From the NCBI GenBank assembly GCA_900088475.1, contig FLMG01003947.1, forward strand, positions 62,001 through 126,000: a DNA stretch of 64,000 nt. The letters are read 5' to 3'. The notes beneath the pieces are model-generated. The model saw only the letters and a list, made by a program, of their open reading frames with translations. It did no database searches and was not told the origin of the DNA. Every line of letters begins with the position of its first letter. Position 1 is the stretch's first letter. Below are positions 51,683 to 64,000 of this stretch, piece after piece. Made by a program: the position numbers and the translations under genes. This stretch comes from Hyphochytrium catenoides (taxonomy: Eukaryota; Protista; Hyphochytriomycota).

Positions 51683-52173
51683 CTTTCAGCTCGATATTAG
51701 AAGTAGTTGTCACGAAGCAGGGCGGAGCTCAGTAAGCTCTGAAGCTCTAATGGAGACTTGAGGAAAGTTGTGAGGGGAAGAATCTCAATAACAGCGCTGT
51801 AAACTCGAAAACGATGGACTTTGACAATAACAAGCGCCAGCGTGCGCTACAATAAAGCACATATAGCGCTTATAGCAGAATGTGCGCACGAAGCGTATTT
51901 GGGTATCTACAGGGGTGTGGTTGTGGAGTTGCTGCTTTGGCAATGATCTTCATGATCTTCATTAGCGCGAGACCTTCCTCATCCCCATAATTGCCGAGTT
52001 CGTACCTCCTGCGCAGCACTTCTTACCTTCGTCTCCTTCCTGCAAGCTTTCTTTTCTGAAGAGTCCGCTTCACCGTGCTAAGCTGGGAGGCTGGTGCTTG
52101 GAAGGAGGGATCATACATTGGAACAGCTGGCTAGCACGGAGCAGCGGCTGGTAGGGCCGAGAAAGTGCTTACC

Positions 52174-55100
52174 ATGCCCATGGTAACCGAGTCGACTGGC
52201 CTGGTTGATGTCAACCAGCTGCTCCAGGTGGAAAGCATTCCCTTACTCAGATCTCTTAAATCCTTACACCGACAGTCATCTCATTGTCTGTACACTGCGT
52301 AGCTCTTTCTCTCTCAAGTGCTCACAACTATCCTTTACCAATGTCCATTCGTATAGGACGACAATGACTTTGAGTATGAAGAAGAGTTGGCGCGTGACCC
52401 TTACAACCTGAGGGCTTGGTGGCGATATTTGCAGTCTAAGAAGCATGCCAAACACCGCGTGCGCTTTCTTATCTACGAAAGAGCAGTTAAAAACCTTCCT
52501 CGCAGCTACAAGCTGTGGAAAAACTATCTGGATGACAGGCTTTCGCAGGTGATTGCAGCTTACCTTGACTTGCGATACCAGGCTTTCTTCTCTTTGTCTA
52601 CCCTCCGCTCTCTGCCAGGATCCAAGCATCATCACCCTGCATAGCGATAAAATTCGCTGATATGTCCGCTAGGTTTTGCTTCCCTTCTCCTAGCCTTTTC
52701 TCATCACAATCTGGCCCTCATAGTTCTCGCTGCTACTTCACGTTGCTGAGTCTTTGTCACATTTCTATACTCCTGTACTATGATCTCGCCCTCTCAGGCA
52801 AAGTTCCGGTCGGTTGCGGATAAGAAGTGCGTTATACTGGTGAACTGTTATGAGCGTGCGCTGGTGCACCTCCACAAGATGCCAAGGATCTGGTAGGACC
52901 AGGAACACGCATGGCAAACTAGAGTTCAAGGCGGCGCTAATTGCCATTTGTCTTTCCTTCTGCCTTTTGTTCTTGCCACCGCGATTTGCGCCATCCCGGT
53001 GTGGCGATGCTCTCGTCAGGCTGGACTATTGTAACTTTCTCATGCATCTGAAGAAGATCACTGCTGCCCGAAGGGCCTTCGATCGGGCCTTGCAGGTATA
53101 TGAGATGGGGTGACACCTAGTTAGAGCTGTCTTGCGTCCAAGTCTCCCTTCTTCAACTGTCATGCGGCATGGTCTGCTCGCTTCTACCCTCGCCCTGCTT
53201 CCACTAACCGCCTGTTGACGGTACTCTATGCCTTTGCGCCACTCCCAAGGCCTTACCGATAACTCAACACAACCTGGTGTGGGACCTGTATATAAAGTGC
53301 GTGAAGGAGATGGGAATCTGGCAGACTGGAGTTAGAGTGTACTCTAGATATCTGCAGTACGATAATGGTGCCAGAGAGGACTTTGTGGACTATCTAATGT
53401 AAGTTTTGGATCAAGGATAGGAGTTGAGTGACGTATGAGCTCTTCATAATCACTGTCTTCGTGGTACAAACGGCTGCTCCTATCCACTTTGTTCTTAAAG
53501 GCAGTGTCCTCTCGAAACAACTAGATTTCTTTATACCAGTCTTTAGACTCTGTCGTTTTCTTACCTTCTTTTCTCCTGGGAGACAGCTCTGCTCTCTAAG
53601 TAGTCCAGCGGGGTTGGCTAATCAGACTACTATTACCTAACTAGGAGCATGAAGCAGTTTGGCGAGGCTGCTCGTCAATTATCTATTATCTGCAGTGACG
53701 ACAACTTCATCTCCAAGAACGGAAGGACGAGACACCAACAGTGGATGGCTCTTTGTACTCTAGTTGCCAAGCACCCGGACAAGGTCCCCAAGGATCTCAA
53801 TGTGGAGGCCATCATTCGTGCTGGATTCAGGTGCGACTGTTGACCCTTCTTCTGATCCCATCGGCTCCCTGTGTTTTAGGGCCAACCTCTTCGACTGGCG
53901 CCGCTGTATATTTATTCTTTGCCTTTCCCTTGGTTCCCAAGGCGATTTACCGATGAGGTAGGGCGGCTATGGTGTACTTTGGCAGATTATTACATTCGGC
54001 TCGGGCAATTCGAAAGCGCAAGGGACGTGTATGAGGAAGGCATTACCACCGTAATGACGGTATGTCTCTGACTCTTGCCTGAATACCTTCTTCTTCTTAG
54101 TGTTTTGGACCTACATCTTGCCATGGCCCTGTCTTGACCCTATCCTATTAAGATAGTAGTCATGTCCCGGAATAACAATGGTCTTTTCTCCCATCTCTAC
54201 ATCTCTGTGGGCGTCCACGGACGACCATATGGCATTCTAGGTTAGGGACTTCAGTATGATCTTTGATGCTTACGCCCAGTTTGAGGAGAGCATGATCAGG
54301 GCCAAGATGGAGTTGGTAGAGAATCCTGAGGATGAGGAGGAAGAGGATGAGGAACAGGATGGCGCAGAGGCGACCGAAGACGTAGAGTTCAGATTAGCTC
54401 GCCTGGAGCATCTAATGGACAGGCGACCAGTCTTGCTCAGCTCTGTTTTGCTTAGACAAAACCCTCACAATGTCGCCGAGTGGCTGAAGAGAGTGAAGCT
54501 ATTCAAGGATGATCCAACAAAGGTATGAACCGCGACTACAGCGTGAAACTTTAGAGAATGGTCCGCTCTGGTCGAGGACGACAGGGTTGAGAGGTGATAG
54601 AATTGACAATCGAGAGATCTTAGAAGAAGGGGAGTGTTCGAGGTAGGGAAGTACGAGAAGTGCTGGCCTCTTAGGCCTGTGAAAGAGTAGAATCGTAGGA
54701 GGGAAAGCAATGGAGGCCCCGCACCTCTTTGGCTTTGGCTATCGGTGACGTTCCTTAATCACTCCGGCGCTCTTCCGCTTCTCTGTCACGCTCTTCTGCA
54801 GGTGATCATCACTTTCACTGAGGCGGTTAAGACTGTAGATCCTCAGCAAGCCGTCGGAAAACTGCACAGCTTGTGGGTGAAATTTGCCAAGTACTATGAA
54901 GAGCATGAAGACATCGCCAATGCGCGTGTCATATTCCAAAAAGCCAGTCTAGTGCCGTACAGAAGTGTTGAGGAGCTGGCTGTGCTCTATTGCGAGTGGG
55001 TTGAGATGGAATTGCGCCATGAGGCTTACAAAGATGCACTGCGCGTCATTCGGGAGGCTACTAAAGAGCCAGCAGGGGGAGTGGGAAGCGTCCGTATCAT

Positions 55101-57951
55101 CTCCAAGGTAAGCAGACTTACATGCCTTCAGTTTACCTCTTTGCGCCTGTCTGGCTTTATTTTCTTTCTTACTATGAAAAGTATGCGGTTCTGCCCCCTG
55201 GTGTAGTCATAGTGGTAACGCCGCAAAAGCCATCTTACACTAGAGCAGTGATAAGGCGCTGGTAGCTACCTATTGCCTTACATTTTGCTACGTGCATTCC
55301 ATCCATTCCTTATATGTCAGGTCTCAAAGTTAGTTAGCTCTCCTCAAATTCTGGCCTTGAGCCAGGCTTATGGCTAGAATCCATCATTCTATAGTGAACC
55401 CTTTGGAGCTATCTATCACTCAGTGAATATTTCTAACCCTTTCTCTCCACATTTCACTAATTCGCAGGGCTCGGAAGACACCAGAGTGTCACGTCCTGTT
55501 CAACAACTCGTGTACCGATCTCCTAAACTATGGTCACTGCGCGTTGATCTGGAGGAGTCTTTGGGGACGGTTCAGAGCACGAGAGAGGCTTATGACCGAT
55601 GCCTCGAGCTGAAGGTCGCAACGCCTCAGATAATCATCAACTATGCCTCCTTCTTAGAGGAAAACAAGTACTTCGAAGACTCTTTCAGAGCTTTTGAAAA
55701 GGTAATGCACTGCAGCATTTATCAATTCTTATCGGCGTCCTACTTTTTATTCCTCAGTTCCGGGTCATATGGCCCTAAAATCTTGGTATAGAGGCTGCAC
55801 TATCGTCCTCTCTTCAGTCTATAACGACCCTGATTCTGCTGGAGGAACGGGGCGGACTTCGTTTCTCCATTCAACAATAAGGCCTTCCACCCGATAAGGC
55901 GTGTCTTAATTCACTTCCCTGGGATTGCTTCTCCTTTTCAAAGCTCCGTATACTAAAGTGCTCCGTGACGTCGTATTGCGGGCTTAAGTGCTGTCTGACA
56001 TAGGGTACAAGCATGTCGTTATCTCATGATGTTTCTCTTCAATTCCATGTCCAGGGCATAAACCTGTTTACCTGGCCTCATGTCTACGATATCTGGCTAG
56101 CGTACCTCACCAAATTCGTCGCAAGATATAAAGGGACAAAGCTTGAGAGAGCCAGGGACCTATTTGAACAAGTTCTTTCTTCAGTTCCCAGCGACAAGGT
56201 AAGACCTCTCTTCCTTCTAATCAGTCCAGATCTTCTTCTTGCAGCTTGAACTCTGCATATGCAGAATATTTTTCTTCTACCTCTAATCCTTGCCCTGTAG
56301 AAGGTCCTTCCTTTCGCTTCTTCTATTTTCTTTCTTGGGAGTAGGTGATTGAGTACTTACAAACTCTGCGAATCTGTAGGCTCGAATCTTTTATCTGAAA
56401 TATGCGAAGCTTGAAGAAGAGTTTGGATTAGTGAAGCACGCCATGAGTGTCTATGATAGAGCTACAAGGGCTGTTCCAGCCGAAGGAAAGGAGAAGTATG
56501 AGATGTTCCTTCTTTACATCAAGAAGGTGGAAGAGTTCTATGGGGTCACCAGGACACGAGAAGTCTATGAGAAGGCTGTTGCGGAGTTGCCAGATGAGCA
56601 GGTGGAGACCTATGTAGCCGTCTCTTGCGTTAACTTTTAGTGCTTGCCCCAGCTCCGGTTAGCTCTTCTGCCCGTGCCCGTTGATGATCAACGTCTCACC
56701 CATGTGTTCCCAACATCCAGGTTCCTGATATCTGCTATAAGTTTGCTTCAATGGAAGTCAAGCTGGGAGAGATTGATCGTGCTCGGGCGATATACATTCA
56801 TGCATCGCAGTACTGCGACCCAAGAACCAAACCACAGCTGTGGACGCAATGGAAGGAGTTTGAAATTGCACATGGTACTCTCTTTGATGGAAATCACTGA
56901 CCTTACTCTAGCATTCACACTGCGTAGTTGCTACCATTCGCTTGCTCTGGTCACTGCGACGATGCTATGATTCTTCTTCGTCCTCTATCCTCAGTCAATA
57001 TCCCTACTTCGTCCTCCTTCTTGCTCGCGGTCCCACGTGACCCTTTGCAATAGCCTAAAACTGTCTTGCCATAGGAAATGAGGAGACGTTCCGGGACATG
57101 CTTCGCATCAATCGCTCGGTGGCCGCTCAGTACTCGCAGGTTAATTATATGGCAGCGGAGATGGCAGCGACCAGTGTGGAACATGTACGCTGATAAATTG
57201 CTGGGCTGTCTATCTCTTGATTTTACGACGGTGATTGCTACCCCGTCTCTACGTCCCTCCATGCTTCCATGGCAGACAAACAACCAATCTCATCGAATCC
57301 CATCGGGAGTCTCTCCGCTTTTTGAACTCCAGGTTTGGTTTTCCCTTCCTCACTTTTTATTTCTCCTCGCTTAACTCGCAGATTCCCTCCGATGGTGACG
57401 TGCTCGCCAAGCTAGAGGCCAGGAAGATAGCAGAGGCCTCTGAGAACCGCCAGGTCCCAGAGACGGTAGGGAGCTCACACACTTCCTTGGCAATTTACAT
57501 CCTCTATGCACTCTCAACTTTTGTCCTCTATGCAATTCTCAAGCTTCTGCATTACTAGATCTCTCCTGTCTCTGTCACTTCCCTCATCGTTTTGAACGTT
57601 ATTGAACTCCTGGTCCTGTCCTTTCTTCAGAGAATTCCTCCCCGGTCGCGGGAGCAAGAGTTGGAGGAGCTTCAGCGTGCCACTGGGGCGCCATCTCAGT
57701 CTCCTTCAGCTCGGCAGCCGGTAGAGGAGAACCCGGAGGAGATCGATCTGGATGAAGAGGAAGAGGAAGGTGGAGAGAAAGAAAGTGAAACAGGGCAGCA
57801 AGTTAACATCGCGCAAAAGGCTGTGCCAGATGCTGTCTTTGGGAGTGCCAAGACAAAGTTAGAAGCAGCAAATGCTGGGAAACGGGAACTAGAGCAGGAA
57901 GAAAAGCCATTAGGGGCTCTAGATAGGTTCAAAAAGAGAAAAACGGGCTGA
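52174..57951 (+). CDS. SYF1: Pre-mRNA splicing factor SYF1/XAB2 (HAT repeats, many exons)
   Basis: YEEELARDPYNLRAWWRY..IYERAVKNLPRSYKLW; HKMPRIW; ALPITQH; FTDEVGRLWCTLADYYI; LLSSVLLRQNPHNV; DLEESLG; KLERARDLFEQ; KLGEIDRARAIY; HGNEETFRDMLRI; NPEEIDL..GALDRFKKRK. Confidence 0.97.
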
Positions 57952-60900
57952 CGATGAAGCTACCACGCGAAAGTCTTCAGGTGCTTTTCAGTCTGAGAGG
58001 AAGGCCTTGAGCGAAACGGGGAATTGAAAGTCAACCCCGCTTGAGAATTTAGAGGAGATGACTATCATATAACTGCCCGACTTCTGTCTGCTCAGTTATC
58101 TCTTGCATGTACACCGTCCTCACCATCCAGAAGACGCTAGAGTGTCCAACACGCTACATCCACAGTCGCTCCATCCCACTGAGACCATCTTCCCATCATC
58201 TTGAACTCTTCTCGTTGTATTGTTGGCTTGTAGTGTCCACTGCCTGATTCCCATGAAAGTATTGAGTGAAGAGATCGCATCGCATAGCCTCATCACTAGC
58301 ATACCAAGGCTCAGTTCACCAAGATCAACTTTCGAGAGGTCCGGTTCAAGCAAGGCATAGGACACTAGCAACAAGACAAGCTTAGGGACTGAGTGGAAGT
58401 GCTAACGTCGTGGTTAAAAGCCACTGGCTTCCCATCACAGTTGCAGGCTTTGTTCGTCCTTCTTTCTCCTACTCTCTCTCCATCCTCTCTGACCTCCATC
58501 ACCTCTGCTAGGGCTGCTCACTGCTTGTTATTTCGTTGACTACTGTGGCCAAGAACGTGAGAGGGGAAAGCTTCTTCGATGCAAGGTGCAGCGATAACTG
58601 GTGATGAGGCAAAGACCTTGACTCTCAGGCGCTCAGGGATCGCCTCAATAGTCTTCGCAAGTACCTATAGCATCGCTCGACGATATCTGTGTAGAAAGAG
58701 CCTGGTGCCATCACTCTTCTTGTTTGGACCAGTCTCCACTGTGTACGATACCCTGGCGTGCTTCTTCGTTCACCTCCGATTGTTCCCAGCATGGATAATA
58801 AGTAAGGCTTCTTTTTGCTCCTTCCTTCACAAGGTTAGATGCCAACCCTATTGTCCCTCTTCTCCATCTAAACAATGAATGCTGTATCAGGCGCTGGTCT
58901 CTGCTGTACCTCACTTATCATCTCATCTTCGGGCTTCTTATTTGTCTCTTGGTCTCAACATCAATAATAGTAATAGCTTCTTTCTCAGTCCATATCACTC
59001 GCACTTTTCCCCTTCTTCGTACTATTATTCTTTCGTGTTGATCTAGTCGGAGGTCCTGCGCGCGACTCTACTGCCTGGGTGATGAGCTGCAACACGGAAG
59101 AAGGTTGATGACTCTGAGTTAGTGGCCATGACTCATCCTGCTGCTGGTGATGACGGACGATTGAAGCGAATAGAGTCACTCGTTCTTCTCACCCTGTTGT
59201 TTGGTTTCCATGGGGCTTATTAATAGCTCCTATTAGTAGCTAAGAACAAGAACTCGATTCTGCTGACGAGACTGGGACTTCTTCTTCTTATCACTCAAGA
59301 CGTTGGGAAAAAGCAGCAGCAGCTTTTACTTGGTACTTGTTGGCATGTTGCTGTGGCCATTGGTGATACTTTGGACGATCACCCATCGCTGGCTATTACT
59401 CATTCATTCACAGCTACTGCTGCTCACTGGTACTGGTGGGCTCATTCTCCTTTCGTCTTCCTCTTCTTCCCCTTCCCCCCCTCCTCCTCCAATTGTCTGT
59501 AGGTTCATCTTCGTCTTCCGCTTTGGTTGTTGGTTTCTGCTGTTTTGGTCCACACCACCATCAATGATCGACCAAAGATGAATAGGATCAATTCGTTAAA
59601 TGAAGTAAGTGGGATCAATTAGGCAAGTTTACTGACCACCACCACCAGTAGTAAGTCCGTCCTTGCGCGATCATTAGTCATCATCAGCTTCTTCTTCTTC
59701 TTATAAGTAGGGAGAGAATGTCGGCAACACGATAAGAAGAAGAGGAGGAGGTAGACTGATCGACAATCATCATCATCAACTATTATTATGGCAGCCGCAG
59801 CACGCAGCAGCATGATGATGGTGGTGGTGGTCACTACCTGAGCAGCGGGATCCACATACTACTACTACTAGCTAGGGCTCCTGCTGCTGCTGGTAGTAGG
59901 TCACATCATCATTGACACCAGGCGCATGGTTGGTGCTGCAGTAGTAGTAGTAGGAACACTAGCGACCGATACGATCGAGCAGCAGCACCACCAGCGGAGC
60001 GCCTTCAGACGACCGAGAGATCGCCGCCGACTGGTCATCAGGCAGCAGGGCAGCAGGCAGCAGCAGGGACGGAAGAAGGAGTAAGATAATGTGCAGTGGG
60101 AGTCAGAAGAGCAGCTGATACTGGAGCTTTTAGTTAGGGATCAGTACCGTCATAGATACAGAGAATGTTGTCCTCTCAGCTGTGCAACTGACAGCAGCAC
60201 AAGTTTGACCTTTCCTTCGAGATTGAAGAATTTGTGGCCCAAGATCTGACGCTACATTCGGAATCCGCCCAATCTGTTGTTGTTGTATGCTTCTCCTTTT
60301 CTAGGTAATCAGTACTGTACCCTTCCAGTACTCAGCACAAACTCTATCTTCACTCGATTTCTGATCCAAGCACGTCTTAACCTAAATCTGCCCAATACAG
60401 TAGCTCGTCCTCTTGATGCCTCCAAAGCCGTTACAGCCACAGCTCCGCTACTTGACCTTAATTTGTTTGTTTTCCTATCTTTCATTATTGCTGTTTTCGG
60501 TCTGTTTCAAACCTGGTACACAGTCACAGCAGAGCTTTTAGCTCCCACAAGTTGACGCTTTGTTTCATTTCCTCCAGCTCGCAATAATCATATCTTTCTC
60601 AATTGTTGAGGAGTGGAGATAGGTGGCCCAGTGGTGGAAGATCTTTGTTGAGAGCAAAAGGTTTTCCTCCTCAATCTTTTTTCCTCCTGCTCTTCCTCCT
60701 CCTCCTCCTTCCTTCTCATTAGCCTCGTGCTCACTCTTTTCTCCTTCCTCTTTGTTCTCTTCTTCTCTCTGCACTGCCAGCAGTCAAAATGTTCCGCAGC
60801 TTCCATTGATCTATCGACGGATGAGGGGCTCGAGGTAGTTCTACAGATGACAAAGCAAAAGAACGATAAGGCGAAGAACGGAGGTAGGAACTAGATAAGG

Positions 60901-61705
60901 CGGAATGGTTGAGGTTGTCATACTCGTCGCAGATGGTGGGGAGCCAACGTCTTTCTCCCTTCCTCTATTCTTCTTGCTTTGTTGCCAGTGAATGGACCCG
61001 AGCGAGATAGAGGTGGTGGCGTTCCTTCATCGTCGTCGTCATCAGTATGATTTGCTCTTGCCTGGGGTTAGGCCAATTGTTAGTATGTAGTGAGCAACGA
61101 CAAGAGAAGAAACCCTGTAGTTATGTGGTAGTGTCTCCTACTATTTGTTGTTCTTGTGAGAGGCTTTATCACGCTTGCAAAAGCACACAACAAGAGGGAA
61201 AGAAGGATGACCTAATGGGACAAGATGTCTTGGAATGAAGGAGACACAGGGACCAAATGTGACGGGGGAGGAGGGTTAGCTGTTGTCGAGCAGCAGCCAC
61301 GGCAAGAAGAAGAGACAGCAGTGCCTCCTTGCTTCTCCTGAACGACCAGGCACCACCGACCTAACAGCTGTGGTCGTCTGTGACGGCGACGTAGCAGGAG
61401 CTCACCCCCAGGACCTTCTGTGGAGATAGTTTTTCGGTGGTTTGTTCCGTTCCTCGTCCTGGAGATCAAAGAAGAACCATTGTTTGCGCTTGTTTATCAA
61501 TAAGGATGCAGTCTACCACCCACCCACGCACGTAATCGTCACCTAGAAGACCGCTACTGACCGACAGCACCACGAGCAGCTCCTTATTTGCTAAATTTCC
61601 TCTTCATGCTAATCGGCTGAAGACAGGGGCAGTTGGGCTCGATATTAGTCCTTGTTGTTGTTTCTCGGGAGTTGTGGAGCAGAAACTTCATACCGCAACT
61701 GGGGA

Positions 61706-62426
61706 ATGATGTTGCTGAGGGTAGCCGTCACTGCGCTCTTCCTACTATCTGGAGGGACAGTAGCGCCATTCTCCCAAGCTGCCAGTATAAGGCGCGAGTG
61801 GTCCTTCACCACTTTGGAGCAGCAGTCAGTGACTCAGCCAGGACCCCTCGCTAAGAAAAGTCTTTGTGATCTAATCCTCGACAACTATGGACGTTTTGAA
61901 CAGTGCCCGGCGAGGAGGCATTGCAGGGGACAAGCCACCGATCGGTGACGACTGCTGGGGATGGATTTACGCTGGGGAGACATGCACTCCGAATAGAAGT
62001 GAAGCCGAATGCAGGGCGGTCAAAGGAGCCAACTTACCTCCTAACAATAACCAGGCCATCGGTGTAAAGTGGGATGCGTGCTATGTCAACCTCAATGCTG
62101 ATGCCATCGCCAACGCAGAGAAGAAAAGTCTCTGCGATCTCATCTCTGTAGACTATGATCGGTTTGAGCAGTGCGCCAGGCGAGGCACTGCCTCCACAAA
62201 TCCTCCGTTGGGCGATGAATGTTGGGGATGGTACTACACTGGAGAGAAGGAATGTAAGAACATCAAAGGTGCTGATATACCTCCTAACAACAATCAAGCT
62301 TTGGGCGTGAAGTGGGACGCCTGCTACGTGAATGGGAACACACAGACCCTGCCCGCTGTGATCCCTCCTGCATCTATCGATAAACCTGGAAAGACAGGTT
62401 GCCGGACGATATCTACCTCCAACTGA
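61706..62426 (+). pseudogene. Intronless secreted protein with two tandem Cys/Trp-rich repeats; 2-nt frameshift at ~61905
   Basis: Signal peptide MMLLRVAVTALFLLSGGTVAPFSQA. Repeat KKSLCDLI..Y.RFEQC(A)RRG....PP.GD.CWGW.Y.GE..C..(V/I)KGA..PPNNNQA.GVKWDACYVN occurs twice. Confidence 0.75.
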
Positions 62427-63660
62427 TTGAGGTTAGCAGCCCTCTTATAATAAGGGCAGCGAGAATGGCAGGCCTCCTTCTTCTCCCACCTGAATCAATG
62501 TCATTGATCGAGGAAGATCTACTTCTTCTCTGCACTGTCCTAGTCAAACAGTAGCGAATGAGGCAACTGCATAATAGTAAGCAAGGCTTCAAAGATTCTT
62601 TTTCCTCTTCTCGATGCCCGTCGTAGTAACCTTCTGGTCCTTTCAAGGAGTGAACATGCATGTATCATCCTTGGACACATGTCAATTTTGGTCTGAGCTC
62701 CTCTCCTCGACCAAAGCTTTCGTTAGCTCGTGTGCTCTGGGTAGCCTACAAGCACTGATAGACGCGGTTATTAAAGCGGTCAAGATCAATCCCAATGCAA
62801 GGATCTGGTCGAGAGGATGCTATGGCGTCCGTTGGTTATGCCATATTATGGGAATGAAGAGAGCAGCAATCATATTTCTTCTAATTCTAACAGCACTTGT
62901 TCGCTCCTCATTTCTACGCCTCTTGCAGCAGATCTCATCGAGACAACAGCGGGGACACTCATAACAGGGTTACAGATTAGCCTTATGCGTCTTCAGAAAT
63001 CAATGCTAACCACCTTGGCAGAGCATTCTACCTTATTCATTCCACAGACAGCGGGACCAGAGCAGACGTATAGACTTCCCACTAGATGGAAGATTCATAG
63101 CTTTCTTAGAGGAAGAGACAGCGCCAAAACTAGCGTCAACGCCAGATAGCGCCACGGTTAGGAGGAGACTGGCTTTCTAGACCAGATGCCAGTGAGATGT
63201 CGGTGCCTCGCCTTTCTTCTGCAAGTTCTCCCCAGCTCCTCGTTCTGGCAACTGTACCTTAAGTACAAAAGCGATGATGCCGGTCCTATTTCTCTTACGT
63301 CAGTGGGAACTCAATTTTTCGAGTGATCCTCCGTGCAGGGAGGTTTGCCCGCCCTAAGTTTGCCAAAGGTTGTCCCTGTCTGGTCGCAGGTGGACCCGAC
63401 GAGAGCTCACAAACTTCTTGTGACTCTCTTTGTCGCTCCTCCCTCTGATGTGTTTCTTCTTTATCGCATTGCCAGCACCGTCCAACCCCTTCGCCATCAT
63501 TTATCTTCTCCACTCTTCCCTTCCTTGTTAGTTAGCCCCGTGAGACAGGATTAAGAATCTCTTCTAGTGGCAGGAGAACAAGCTTCACTTCTCCACTTAA
63601 ACTGTCTGTCTGGAGAGGAGGAACAAAGCCCGAATCCCTACAGACATTCTGCTGTCTCAC

Positions 63661-63924
63661 CTCCAGGTAGAGGGTCCTCAACACCATCTTCATACTGCTC
63701 GCAGCCGAGAAGAGATCACCTCCATCTTCCGTCGCTCTGTCTTTTCCCACTTTCTCCTTCTCACCTCTGCACTGCGGATGGCAAACTAGCTCCACTGCCT
63801 TCGCTTCAAGGAGAGAGTCTCGAATTTGTACCAAGATGCTCTCTTTGTATAGCTCGTCCACAAGGATTCTGTGCCACTGGAGATTGTGGAGCTTCACTGT
63901 TGGCAATGTGCCGTCACATTCCAC
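63661..63924 (-). CDS. Probable internal exon with an SNF2/Rad5-like motif II fragment; the gene would continue beyond the window
   Basis: An 88-codon open exon flanked by cag| and |gtgag; contains LHNLQWHRILVDE. Confidence 0.35.
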
Positions 63925-64000
63925 CTGCGGCCAAGGCAACGCAAGATCAACGGGAACAGGAGACGAACAGAGCAAGGAACCGCGTGAGAAGATGAGATGT

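Noticed and set aside
58120-58914. Short ORFs downstream of SYF1
   Set aside because: No recognisable motifs and no consistent exon chain.

Overview
Intron-rich eukaryotic nuclear DNA with short GT-AG introns, CT/GA microsatellites and one 63-N assembly gap. A mastigoneme-type EGF protein and a CxxCxxxKxGHxC knuckle suggest a stramenopile (inference). About 19 genes can be assembled by hand from exons: an FHA-AAA ATPase (runs off the left edge), RPB4, an A-type cyclin, an EGF/mastigoneme-like protein, RAD52, GTP cyclohydrolase I, a lipoyl-like-domain protein, a Tudor-3R-MYB factor, METTL22, an F-box/SMI1/ApaG protein, a BAR-like/PH protein, a small basic mitochondrial protein, TIPIN fused to DEK-C, ZRANB2, a frameshifted bacterial-type NAD(P) epimerase/reductase, a small hypothetical gene absent from the ORF track, SYF1/XAB2, a frameshifted secreted Cys/Trp tandem-repeat protein, and an SNF2-like exon at the right edge. 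The best leads are: (1) a mitochondrial lipoyl-fold protein lacking the lipoyl-accepting lysine, fused to a duplicated helical module, a possible decoy regulator of 2-oxoacid dehydrogenases; (2) an unrecognised secreted repeat domain; (3) an intronless HGT candidate; (4) unusual domain fusions; (5) a spliced 63-aa upstream ORF abutting the AAA start; (6) a MYB-type motif shared by the cyclin and MYB promoters. I recognised no rRNA, tRNA, CRISPR array or intact transposon. Exon boundaries were read by eye and are approximate.
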